Position numbers and translations under genes: made by a program
Shown: positions 24,001 through 36,000 of the stretch, piece after piece
How the letters are laid out: the number at the start of each line of letters is the position of its first letter
Position numbering within the stretch: the first letter of the stretch is position 1
Assembly (NCBI GenBank): GCA_905178155.1
Contig: CAJINV010000005.1
Coordinates: forward strand, 42,254 to 106,253
From: Amoebophrya sp. A120
Taxonomy: Eukaryota; Protista; Dinoflagellata
Direction of reading: 5' to 3'
Length of the DNA: 64,000 bases
Notes under the pieces: model-generated
Databases searched by the model: none
What the model was told of the DNA's origin: nothing
Seen by the model: the letters and a program-made list of their open reading frames with translations, nothing else

Positions 24001-27000
24001 CCGGCGCGGCCCCCGTGTGTTCTTCGAACATGCCAAAGTTGTACACTTTACCCAGGTTCTCGCGCTCAAAGTCAAACTCGTCTGCGTTCGCGAATAGGTC
24101 TTCCCGCAGGTGGTGTGCAGGAACGTCGTACCGCACCACCCGCGTCTGGCCCGGGTTACGCGGATCCGCTTCGATGTTAGCAACTGGCTGCAACGTGCTG
24201 TAGAGGCGGATAAACTCCAGAAGAATCTTTGCTTTCTTGCTCCCCTTAAAATGCGCCGCGCCGAAGCCGTAGGACTTTTCCAACCAGGGCGCACCCAGCT
24301 CGCACCAGTTTTCTCGCAGGAACTGAATGAGCGGCTTGGCCTGCGCCGGCACGCCGACACCGGTGAGCATTCCGCCGAGCATCATGGCCTTGCTGGCCTG
24401 TTGCTTGACTAGAGGCATATCCGTATTTGTCGGGGCTGCGAAGTGCGAAGTCGGTAGTGCGTACGGCAAGTCCGCTTTCAGCTGTTCGATGATTGCTGCT
24501 TGCGAATCGTACGAGATCGACGCGCGGGTGCGCTTCAATAGCTGCTGGACTGGCGGCGTCGCGGCAGCGAACGCGGCTCCAAATGAATACCCCTGCGAAC
24601 GATGCCAGTGCTCCGGCAACGTCACGGCAGGCGCCACTTTCGCTAACCCGAGAATGTTGTCCTCGTCACTGGCGCTGAAGGGAACGCTGGTCGGAACACT
24701 CAGCATGTGCATGGACATATACTGAATCAGATCTTCCCACAAGTCGTCGCCGTACAAGTCCGACCGGGGCGAAAGTGCAGGCGGGTCTTGCGACACGATC
24801 GGCGCCCCGGAGCGGAGAGTGAGTTCCCGCGTTGCGTTGTACTCTTTGCTGAAGGTCGTGTAGGAGCCCGAAAAGAATTGGGTTAAATGCGGAATTCGAT
24901 CCCACCAAGCGAACTGAAACAGATTCGCGACTGCAATCTTATCTCCCGACACCTGCCGTCCGATCGGCGTCTCGTAACTTTGCTCGAAGCCCTCGTACCT
25001 GTGCGGACCCAGGTTGATATCCCCCAAATCAAACAGCTCCGCGGAGCTCGGGCTGCTTAGAGTCGGATGAACACGCTCGCTCTTCTTCAGCAGTTGCGCC
25101 TTTGTTTGCGCTGTGGTGCGAAAGTTGAAGTAGGGTTGCAGAAACAGGTCGAACAGCCTGCTTTCGCGCCACCCGATGGCATCCTTCGTCGTGCGTCGAT
25201 CGCCCCGGTGGTCGATGTTGACGCCGCTCCACTCCCGCATCATGCGCTGGGCGATCTCGGGCCAGCGCAGCGATCGGCAACCGACCTCCGAGAGGTATAA
25301 CCGCGGGTCCATGCAACCCAGACTGGCATCGGGTCGATCCAACGCACCATCGGCAATGATGCCGTTTGCAGGCGCAGCCGCCTCTGCAGCGAACAGTAGG
25401 TGCGCATCGCCCTCCGCGGCATTGTCCTCGCTGCTGCCCTGGGCGCGACCCTCGTTGCGCACGCAGCGCCGGATCAGCGTCCGCGCGTTCACCTGCAGCA
25501 GATGCAGCAAAAGAGATCCGCTCCCGTCGGTTTCCGAGATCCCCAGAGGATCCGATTTGCACTTCTGCATTGCACCGCTCTGCACGTGAATTCCGAGGAA
25601 CGTGTTCAGTGCCTGCGTGCAATTCTGCGAGCACTGCGTGCTTCCCACCAGAGAAGGCAGGCAGAGTGGCAGAGCATCGAGAGTGGAAGCAATGATCTCT
25701 GTTTTCGTATTTGCGTCGCAGGTAGCGGTGGCGGCAGCAATCTGCTGCTGCTGCTGCTGTTGGCTCACTGCGCCGCACGAGGTCGCGCAGCGGTCGCTTG
25801 CCGGCGGCGAGGACCCCAGACTGGGGCAGTAGTCGGTGGGCGAGAACGAAACGAAAATGCTTTGCACCCACTTGCACGCCAACGAATTTCCCTTCACGGT
25901 GTTGTTGTTTCCGCTCAGGTGCGCTTCCTGCGGCCGACAACTGGTATCCTCGAGTGGCAGCGCAGCCAAGGCGGCCCGGCACGCCGCATCTGACGCGTAT
26001 TGCTGGTGAGAGGTGGCGACGCCGCACTGTGTTTGCACCGTGGAGCAAATGGACGCCTCCAGTTGCGCTCTCGCCGTCGGCGCCGCGGCAATTTTGTGCG
26101 CCAGATGTCCCACCACGCCGGTCTCCAGGCTAATCGAGTTCTGCACCCAGGTGTTGGGCACAGTTTCCAGGTGGTTTTTCCGTACGACGGAGCAAGGATA
26201 GTACGCGTCCTCGACTTCCTTTTCGTACATGAGCACTCGGGGGCGCTGGTCCGTCGCGGTGCGGCGGTACTTCCAGTCCTCGTAGATGACCGTTTCGCGC
26301 CACACACGCCCGTCCTGCGAGTGCGCCTGCAGCTTGTTCACGTCCGATGTGCCCTCGCGCAGCATGTCGTCCGCGACGCGCAACGCAGCCTCTTCCGCAG
26401 GCGAAAAGGTCGCCCCGGTCCACCTCGCGGTCAGCGAGGCCGCCGAGGTCGCGGGCGGCTGATTCAGTTTCGCCGCATTGTTCCGCAGCTGCAGGGGGGA
26501 GCGGAGAAGCTCGTCGATTTCTCGGTCCGCGTAGACGCTTCGTGTCGACGGAAAAAGCTTCCCTTCCGCGGCCAATCGCAAGTTGGCCAGCTGCTCATCA
26601 GAGAAAATGATGCAGTTCCGGGTGTCCTTGCTGGTGTCTCCGATCTGCAGCGGCGCCGGCTCCAGCGGTTTGAATTCCAGGGGAGCCAGCTGCGGCAGCA
26701 TGTTCGGTTCGTGGTCGTGCTCCATGTGTCCGTAGCTGAGGTGCGGCTCCTTTTGCTTCAACGCTTTCGCTGCAGCTTCAATGCCCGCAAGCTCGGGAAT
26801 CTTGTTGGGTTCGAACGGTTTTGTCGCGAAGTTTTGCTGCCACTTCACGCGCTGAAGAAACATCGGGGAGTGCACGACACGGCGCGATTTGTAGGTGCTG
26901 GCCAGTTCGTCCATGATGTGGAAAAGCGCGATGCCGCTGGCAATGGAGAACCCGATCGCGTGCTTGACCTCCGGCCCGGCACTGGTCAGGAAGCAGTTCG

Positions 27001-28860
27001 AGGCTTTGCGCGCAAGCCGCACCACGGTCTGCCGATCCTGCGAAACGGACGTCGGGATTTCCGAAGTGATCACGTTCACGTCCGGGGCGCGCACGCGCTT
27101 CGACAGGCTCGGCCAGTTCCAGTCCTCCATTTCTTCCAAAACCTCCTCTTGCAGGTACTCTTCGGAGCACCGGCGCGCGCTCAGGTCTTCCGCGTTAGCA
27201 TTCTCGGGCCAGAAGTAGGTGAAGTCCTGCGGGTACGTCCACATCTTCTGGTACCAGTACTTGGCGACCTCCGACTGCCACATGTTGTTGTTAGTCACAC
27301 GGGTGTCGGGCGCGTGGTCAGCGTACCCATTAATGGGGAACTCCCGGTAGTGTGCGTAGGGCGCAACCTCCACGCGTTGGCCCAGGGGCAGCGCGGGCGA
27401 GTCCGTGTAGGCTGGCGGCGTGAACTGCGTCCACAATATGCCGTGGAAGACGTTCAGCAGCATCAACGTGTCGTGCGTTTCGTCATATTTGAACAGGTTG
27501 GTACCCACGCGGTACTCCACCCCCGCCAGCGGTGCGGCCATGGCGTCAGCGCGGCGAGCGACGAACAAGTGGTCCAGTTTGATCCAGGATCCCTTGCGCG
27601 TCGTCGAGCCTCCCGGAAGCTTGGTAGCTTCCACGTCGTCCGAGAGAAAGTCAATGTGGCGAGAAAAGTGGTGACACACTCCGCTGGACTTCAGAAGTTT
27701 GGAGGGCGTTTGGGACAGGTCGATCCTGTCCAGTTCGTCTCCCATCGTGGTAAAAAGCGGAGCCTGGTACGCCACCTTTTGCTCCATCTGAGCCGCCGGA
27801 GCAGCCTGGTCGCTACCGGCATGCGCACGCAGTCGGTCCACCAAACCCGGGTTGTTCATGGCGTGGTAGCGGTTCATGGTACTCGCGCTTGCAAAAGTAA
27901 AACGCCACGTGGCGAAGATTTCTGTTGTATACATGTATCGAAATTGATACGGGTTTGCGTCCTTTTCAAAATTTTTCTCGACGCATACTTTTACGAAAAT
28001 CTCCTCCCATTCGAAAAAGCGCACAACTTACTTATTCAAAAAACAAAACTGTTCGAACAGATCAGGGCAAGAAGTCTGAAAAATGCTATACGGTCATCCC
28101 GCACGCTTGGATCGATGGACTGGCGACGCAGAGTTGGTTCACTCCAAGTCTGGTTCGCAATGAGCACGGGATTGAATTCGGGCTTCAATGGCGGCGCATT
28201 ATCTTCATAGACAACCCGCTCCTGAAAACTAAACTGCGCGACATTGGTATCCAGCAAGAGGCTCGAGTTACCTGCGTTGTGCGCGCGTTGTAGTTTCTGT
28301 AGTTCGAGTTCGACCACGTCAGCAAAACAAAAGCATATGCGATCATGTCATGCCGAAAAAAAACTCATCGTTCTTATTCATCACCCCTCTCTTGTACCGG
28401 GAGTGAGAGCGCCGTATGCATAACCGGCCTGCGTGCCTTTCTTCGTCCCTTCTCCCCAGAGCTGCCCGGTGGAAAGAAAGTGAAAGTGCAGAATCTCGTC
28501 CGGGTTATCGACGTGCGGAATGAAAATCCACTGTTTATCCGGCGACAAGCGCATACCCTGCTGTTCGACTGCTTTGGGAAAGCGGTATAGCACCCTGGGC
28601 GCCTCGCTGTCGTCGTTCCACTTCTGCCGCGGGACGCGCGTCCGCGTGTACCCATCGTGCTGGAACTCCACGCCGCCCGGGTCCGTGGTGTATTTGGGGG
28701 TGGTGGCGGTTGCGGTTACTGGAACTCCGAGTCGAGACACCAGCGCGCAGGACGCGGTCGCAACAAGCACCGCTTTCATGATCGACGATTCTTTGCTTGA
28801 AGCCTTATTATTTTTTCCGCCTGTCGTTCTTACAGAACCAGCGAGTTGTGTCTTACTCAT
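21029..28860 (-). CDS. Giant multidomain protein (~2345 aa): unknown N-terminal region, Cys-rich domain, divergent cytochrome P450 (CYP74-like), alpha/beta-hydrolase, multi-pass TM domain
   Basis: Five ORF pieces join in frame via GT-AG introns 28272-28397, 27922-28091 and 22745-22957 plus the TIR element 21453-21732; spliced length 7038 nt is a multiple of 3. Motifs: ExxR (EFIR), PERF-like (DEFDFER), heme Cys (RKCPG), hydrolase oxyanion-like FLNGFP and LVGDS, hydrophobic helices with LVHHT. The two 5' joins are less certain; alternative ATG at 28779. Confidence 0.7.
21453..21732. mobile_element. Introner-like TIR element (family A variant), non-canonical intron
   Basis: TIR tatgcattgcaaataccgat(t/c)tgggtct at both ends; TSD tcccc/gcccc. 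Removal joins VDEKG to RTSQAVKGGK in frame. Confidence 0.9.
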
Positions 28861-29874
28861 TCCTTGTCAAGGGCGAATAAGTACAACTTCGTTCGTCGGT
28901 TCTCGATGCTATTGTTTTTGGTTCAAGAAGATTTTTTTCGGTGTTTTCTCTTTGCAACTCAAGTACTAACAAATGACGGCGTATAGTGCAGGTGGATCTT
29001 GATCGTTGCCATTTTGGAGGTATCACGAAGTTGAATTCTTTGATGCGTTTTGTAAGAAGTACTCTTCGAAATGTGGAAACCGTGTGATGTGTGTCAGGCT
29101 TTTGTTTCGGTAGTTCCCCTGCTCATACAAGAGTACAACAGTGTCTGACATTGTGACTTCAGCGCATAATTGAGTTTTTGAACAGCAGTTCCCCAGGTGG
29201 GAGCATAGACTCCTCCTCACTGATAGACAATACGCTATTAAGGAGGACTATGGCTAGGCTCGCGGTTTGCTGTTGTTCTTGTTGAAGGTGCTCCAATTAT
29301 GCCGCCTTCGCACGAGCTAGCTGCTACTCTTTTTTCTGCTGTGTGCTTGTGCGTCGCAGCAGCAGAGCATGCGACTTTACGCAACAGCTGAGAGACCCCG
29401 AAAGTAGAAACCACTTCTTTCTAGACAGTGCGCCAGTGCGCTTTCTCTGTACTATACCAAGAAATGTCTGTCTCTCTATGAAACGTTGCTGTGTACCTCG
29501 CTGCTGGAACTCTAGAGACCCTGGCAGACCTTGCTACACTTGGCTCCGCTACGCCAAAGTCGCAGCAGCAACATATGGTTACACTTACACAACTCGAGGC
29601 CGAGCCTAAGCGAAACTGCATACAAGATCCAAATTGCAGAAGAAACGACATGAACTGACGATGGACGAGTAGTTATTGATTTATTTGAAACGATTTTATT
29701 CCATCTATCACATTGAGAATTTTTTCGTTATAGTCGTGAAATATCAAGTGAAACCCAAAACTCCGGAGCTGTGCGGGGGCGGGGGCGCAGTCGGTCATTG
29801 TTCTCCTACGCACCAAACGCAAGGCCGTAGTTATGTTCACCCTGCGATATTTATGAGAGGACATGACTACTTTT

Positions 29875-32335
29875 TTAAAAACTCACATTTTCCGTGGAGG
29901 AATCCAAGTCAGCCCCCGCACCAGCCGTCGGCAACCTTTCCGCCGAGTACTCTGCCAGGTAATCCCCTTCCGAGTGGTCGTCCACCCACGTTTTCGCGGG
30001 CTTCGGCGCCAAGTCCCCACTGAAAAACGACACGTGGGCCTTGTCCCGATACGTCAACACATTAGCATGCTTGTGCCTCGTCCATCGCATGAACAGCCCG
30101 TGACAGTGCTTCATCCACGTGGAGTAGTTCAACTTGCCGTTTATTCTCTCGCTCGAGGCAAGATCGTCGTTGTCGTCGTCGTGTGGTTGGTGTTTATTGT
30201 CTTCTTGCCTTTCACATTTATTTTCCGATCGCATTCTTTCCGCATTTTTGTACAAGTACTCGATGTAATCCGCTTGGAACCCGCACTCCGCTGAATCACT
30301 CCCGTCCATCCTGTCGAATTCTGCAGTGTCTTCGGCCAGCGCGGCCGTGACTTGCTCGGGTGTCGGCTTCATATTTCCGGCTGGAAAGGAAGTCCAGAGC
30401 GCAGTGAACCAGGCTGCTTGGGCGTCAAACATGGTGAAAGTAAACCTTTTGTTTTATTTTTCAGGGATCATCAATCTTGCAGCGGGATGGGATAGAATAC
30501 GAAGTCATTTCTCCGTAGGCGGGATAGGACAACACAGAGGAAGATTTTTGCATAGGAAAAATGGCATGATAGATCGGGCATTCGCAACACAGCATTAAAG
30601 ATCTAGTATACTTTGGATACCATTGATCCTGCATGCCCAAGTAGGCGATGTTGAGGTCCTGGGGTAGCAAAACTCCCTTGTACAGGTTCGGAATGTAGAC
30701 GTCATTGCTTTCGACCTGTAGTCGCAGGCTTTTCTCCATGAAGGGAAAGTAGTGCTTGTACCTGAGATTTGATGATTTCATACGGTTTCTGGTGTCTCGT
30801 TCGATTTTAATCGCTTCGAAACTTTCACAAATCGACACCAAGTAGATCAGCTGACTTTTTTAGTGGCAAATTGTAAATGTAAATTGCTTTTACCACAGTG
30901 AGTGTGAATCCATTCAACATAAGAACCAGCTGTACTTCTACCCTGTGCAGAGAATAATCGCATCCACAGTGCTCTCGTCTATTCCTTCTTCTTCCTTAGA
31001 TTCCGCTTTGTTGAACCAGATCTTCCCGTCCGTCCTCGCACACAGGTTCCCCCGCACCGTCACCTTATTCTTCGGCCACGGAGTCGTCAAAAATTGCTTG
31101 CACTTCCGCATGGCCAGCGTGATATGTTTTGCGTCGTACTTCAGCAACTGGGAGACCACGTCCTGCGCAGAGCAGCTGCTGCCAACGACTACCACGTGCT
31201 TGCCTGCGTACTGCCTCGCATTCCGGAAGTCGTGGCTGTGCGAGACTTCGATCAGGTGTCCTCGTGGGGCCGGCGGTGAATCTGAAACTGAATTAGCATT
31301 AAGTCCTCTGGCTGTGGTCCCGATTGTCAGTGCCAGTCCGGGAAGTTGTGGGACTGCGGGTGTGGAAAAGTGCCCCGTAGCAACGACGATGAAATCGTAC
31401 TCATCGGTGTGCCACAGTTTGCTACTAGTACAACTCGAAGATTTGTTTTCCAGACCAACGTCCTCGTGGTTCGCGTTTATTCCGGGTGGCGGTCCGTTTG
31501 CGGAGTCTTGGTGGTCAAAATCAGAGGCCGAGGTCGAAGGCGTCAAAGTTGAAGACGGTGAGGCCTTCATGACGTCCGCACTGCTTTCCGCTACGGTAGA
31601 GGAGGTTGTACAGCCGCGTGGGTCGGACGCGGACGAGGAGGAGGAGGTCATCGTCATCTCGACGCTGCTTGAAGAACAAACCGCTGCTGCTTCTGGTTCT
31701 ACAGAAGCTGTAGTTGTTCCTGTAGCTGATGACGCAGCAACGGCTTCTACACTGCTCAACACTCGATGAAGATCCTTTTCGCAATACGTGACTCGGTACT
31801 TCTTGCTACTCGTCGAGGAACGTGAAGCAGTACGACCGGATAAAGATGACGCTGATGCAGGAGCTATTGGCACAGCACTCTCTACAGAATAGACCTCGCA
31901 GTTGCAGGACACATATTTTTCCAAATATTTCTCGTGCCGCCCGCGGATGTAATCCAGCACGGGCTTCCGCGGGGGAAAAGAGGAGCAGTTGGATATGTTT
32001 GCTATTTTTTTCCCAGTTACTCTTACTGTGGTCTCAAAATGCTGTTTCCACGTATAGTCCGCGTACTCAATGCACTCCTTCGGCCCGTTGCTGTACAGGT
32101 TCTGGTACATGGACCCGTGGATCCCGACGTTTTTGTCTTTCTCGAAACAACTGCTCTCGTCCCTCCCGGTTCGGTCGTCGTACACCCACAGGCCGCCAAC
32201 TTCGGGCTGCTTTTCCAGACACTTGATTTTCCCGAAGTTTTTGGAGTCTGCGAGGTTCTTGACCGCGGCGAGCCCCGATGGTCCGGCGCCGATCACGCAG
32301 ACGGAGGGGAGCGGGGGAGGAGAGGAGTTTTCCAT
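29875..32335 (-). CDS. Flavin-containing monooxygenase, bacterial trimethylamine monooxygenase (Tmm)-like, ~701 aa, 3 exons
   Basis: Motifs GAGPSG, HGSMYQNLYSNGPKEC, ATGHFSTP, HSHDFRNA, GSSCSAQD, ILCTG|YKHYFPF, GMQDQW|FTFTMFDAQA. GT-AG introns 30762-30941 and 30446-30620 give an intact frame. Confidence 0.9.
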
Positions 32336-33058
32336 CTTGATAAGAGTCTCAGTTCCGGTGTGTGGAAAGAATAAGAAATCAAGGAACCGAGGACACGCGA
32401 TTATTTTCGGCAGTTCATCTTTTCGTTTTTGCAACTTTCGTCTTTTCGACTCGACGGTTTCTTTTTTCTAAAGCAATTTATGAAGAAAACCAACGATCAC
32501 GTTGGGACCAGGACGAGGACGTATTGGTCCTCTTGCACAAGGCACAGAAGCAAGAAAGACGCAAGAGCACGCACGGAACGCACCAAGCAGCCCGCCCCAG
32601 CACGCAACCTCAGCGTCCGCGGGTCAAGCATCTACTATCTAACAGGAGGCGTTTTGATGTAGAGGCAATCACTTTTACTTTTTTACACACGCCGCCGGTA
32701 CAATCAACAATGCCGCTCAATTCCACCCAAACATGAACTGCAAGAACTGTTGATCTTGATGCAAGTAATTAGCATAACGAAACTGTTTAGTTAAGAAAAG
32801 AAGTAGAAATCAAACAAGCAATTCAGAAACGGAAAAGAAAAAGAAACGTAGATCGAAACCAAATGACCATATTAGACCTTTGCTCTAGCAGTCCTTGCGC
32901 TTTTTACCTCCAAAATTTTCTCAAATGCAAAGAGGTAAACGGAGGCAAAGTAAAGCAAAGTACACATAGCAAGGAGGCAAAGCAAAGCAGAGTACAGATA
33001 GCAAGAACGCCGGCAGTGAAAACAATAAAGTGAATACAGTAGCATCTCAACCCCTCCG

Positions 33059-36000
33059 TCACGCGGCCACCATGTAGGGTTGAACCGGCGACCCGGCATA
33101 CTTCTGCCCCCCTTCCAGTTTTTCGGTCTTCATCACGACGGAGCCCGGCATCAGTTCCAAGTTGTCGCCCAATTCTGCGCCGCCCATGATGGTGCAGTTC
33201 GGATGGATCACGCAGTTGTCTCCCAACCTCGTCTATCAAATGCAAAAGTGTCTGGGTCTGGAAGAGTGCATGCTTGTCATGCTTGTCTGGCATGACTCTT
33301 AGATCTGTCATGCACGTTACCCAAGAGCCCCATTTTGCTGTCATGCAGAAGCGCAGTCTGCCATGCAGAATAGGCAACACCTAGAAGCTCAAAAGCTTGT
33401 CATGCTGAGCCGGCACTTGTGGCCTCTTCATGATACGCCACCCAGCGTCACAAGTTTCCAGACCCAGACATTTTTACAATCCATATCGTCGGTTGCGCCC
33501 AGAAAATCCGGTCCTCGAACGTGTGAATTTGCCAGTGCGGCATTATGCATTGCAAATATGTCTGGGTCTGGAATAGAATGAAGCCTGTCATGCGAAAGCT
33601 GGATCACGAGAAAGTCTCTGTTGCATAAACGCCAATAGTTACCCAATTCTCGCTAGGCAAAAGGAGAATAATTTCTCATGCGGAAGACGCATGAAGAAGG
33701 TCTCACAAAATCTGTGATGCTTCTGTCTGCATTGCAGACCAAGAGTGTGGTCCGCGAGATGCATGACAAATCTTGCAACTTTCCAGACCCAGACATATTT
33801 GCAATCCATAGGCATGGCTAGGACGCAATTGTCCCCCACATCCACGCCGTCGAAGTCCATGGTCCCGAACCCGTTCACGAAAAGCGTGTTCTTCCCAATT
33901 TTGCTCCCCAGCATCCGGTAGACCACGTTCTGCAGCAGCGTCCCCTCAAACGGCGCCATGAACGGGTCCAGCCACACCTGCGCCACGTGCCAACAGAAGA
34001 AGTGACGCTGCACATACAAGTCCCACAACGGAAACGACCCGATCGGCGTGCGGCCCAACATAACTGCCTTCAACACGAAATAGAGGAAAGGGAGGAGTAA
34101 AGTCAAAGTGAAAGTCGAGACAGCTAACAGCAAGAAGAGCAACGCGAGCTGCGGCGGGATAGCGGCAATCGTAAAAATCGCGCCGCTTTTCGACGTTGCA
34201 GGAGCTTGGTTACTGACCATGGCCAGAACCGAACTGTCGTAGCTGACGTGGTACGCCAAGTCAAAAGCGATCAACGCCAAAGCGATCGGCACCACGTGCG
34301 TCCAGGTGGCCAGGCCGTCGTAAATCAGGAACCGGTGGAAGTACTCGAAGAAGGTCGGCTCGAATAGGACCTTCTCGTCCTTGAAATCAACGTGGTTATT
34401 GTTACTAGTAGTAGTCCCAACAACTTCCGGCTGCTGCAGATTCCTGGCGCCAGAAGCATGATCCCCATTCGGAATGAGTTTATTCATACCACCAGAAGTT
34501 CTCATGCTAGGATCTGCTGTATCATCTTCGGCCGACTTCGCATATTGCCCCTGCTGCCGCTCCGACCCGAGCATTATCGGCGGAATGCCAAAGAAGGTCT
34601 TCGGCACGTCCAATCGGGCGTTCATGCGCCGCACGTTTTGGTTCCCGTAAGCCACTATGGACTGCAAATATGTCTGGGTCTGGGAGGATGCGGACTTGTC
34701 ATGCTAAGTCTGGATCGTCAAAACAATTTCGTGTTGCATGACTACCAAAAGCTGTCGAGTTTTGAACACGTTTAGAGGTAGTTTGTCATGCAGGATAGGC
34801 ATGATAGGGACTTCGCAGAACCTGTCATGCTAGGTCCTGCATTGCAAACCTCATGGGGCATGGAAAATATGCATGAGAAGTTTGCATTCTCCCAGACCCA
34901 GACATATTTGCATTTGATAGCCACCGTGCGCACCCCGATAAGCGTGTTCGTCGCATGGTTTCCAGGAAGGATGATGGCGTGATTGCCGACGAAGAAGTTT
35001 TGCGGGAACCGGCACCGTTGGAGCGTTAGGTACAACCTCGTTTCCAGCTTCCCATTCTTGCCAATCACCTGCACTTGCTCGTAGTCCATCTGATGCGAGA
35101 ATCCCCCGCCCGCCCAGAAGCTGTTCGCCCCGACTAACGTGACGTCGGGCATCACGTCGTGCATGTTCGCGAGTTCGTTGCACCCACACCCGCCGTCGAA
35201 AATGACCCCGGCAAGCTCGAGAAAATACGGCTTCAGCGCTTTGGAACCACAAAACTTCTGGATGCGGTTTAGAAAGAAGATCTTTTTGCGGATCAACCCC
35301 GCGACGATCGTGCTGTTCTCGTACGAGCCCGGCGGGATTCTCGGCAAAAATCGGAGGAAGAGACAGTAGGTCAAGTTCTCGACCCAACTCGCGCAAGCGA
35401 AGATCGTGTTCAGATAGCACATGAAGAGGACCACTTGCCCAAACAGCGTGAAAAAAGAAGCAGCTCCTACTGTACTAGTCGACGCAGTTGCAGCGGCCGA
35501 TGATGTCGTTCCGTAGAGGAACGCCAACGTTCTCAGCATGCAGCCGGTCGCCTCCGTGTGCATGGCTATTACCAGCGTTGTCGCGAAGTGGTAGGCGAGG
35601 GAAAAGACGATCAAGTAGTAGAATTGCAGTAAGAGCACGTAGACAATTCCGATGCCCGTTTCCACCACGAAGCAGTACCCGATATCCCAGCTGTCCTTCG
35701 TGATTTGCGCCCCCAGCACCTTCTTCGGCATCGCCCGCTCCCGGCCGGCGGACACGGCGGGGACACCCTCCCACACCTCGTTCTGCTTCACGATCTGTAG
35801 TTCTGCTCCGTCGTTGTTATGGAATGCAAATATGTCTGGGTCTGGAAGATTCCCAGGCTTGTCATGCATGTTTTGTATGACCCATGACCCCTGTGATGCA
35901 TGACCTAGCACCGCAGATTTTTAGAGGGCTTACTTATGCCTAATCCGCATGATAAATGCCCTCTCCGTGTAGCAGAAACTGGGCTCCTCTTGCTAGTGAC

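Noticed and set aside
26000-28210. 736-aa plus-strand ORF and similar antisense ORFs (3458-4405, 54622-55548)
   Set aside because: These are shadows of GC-rich minus-strand genes and have no recognisable motifs.
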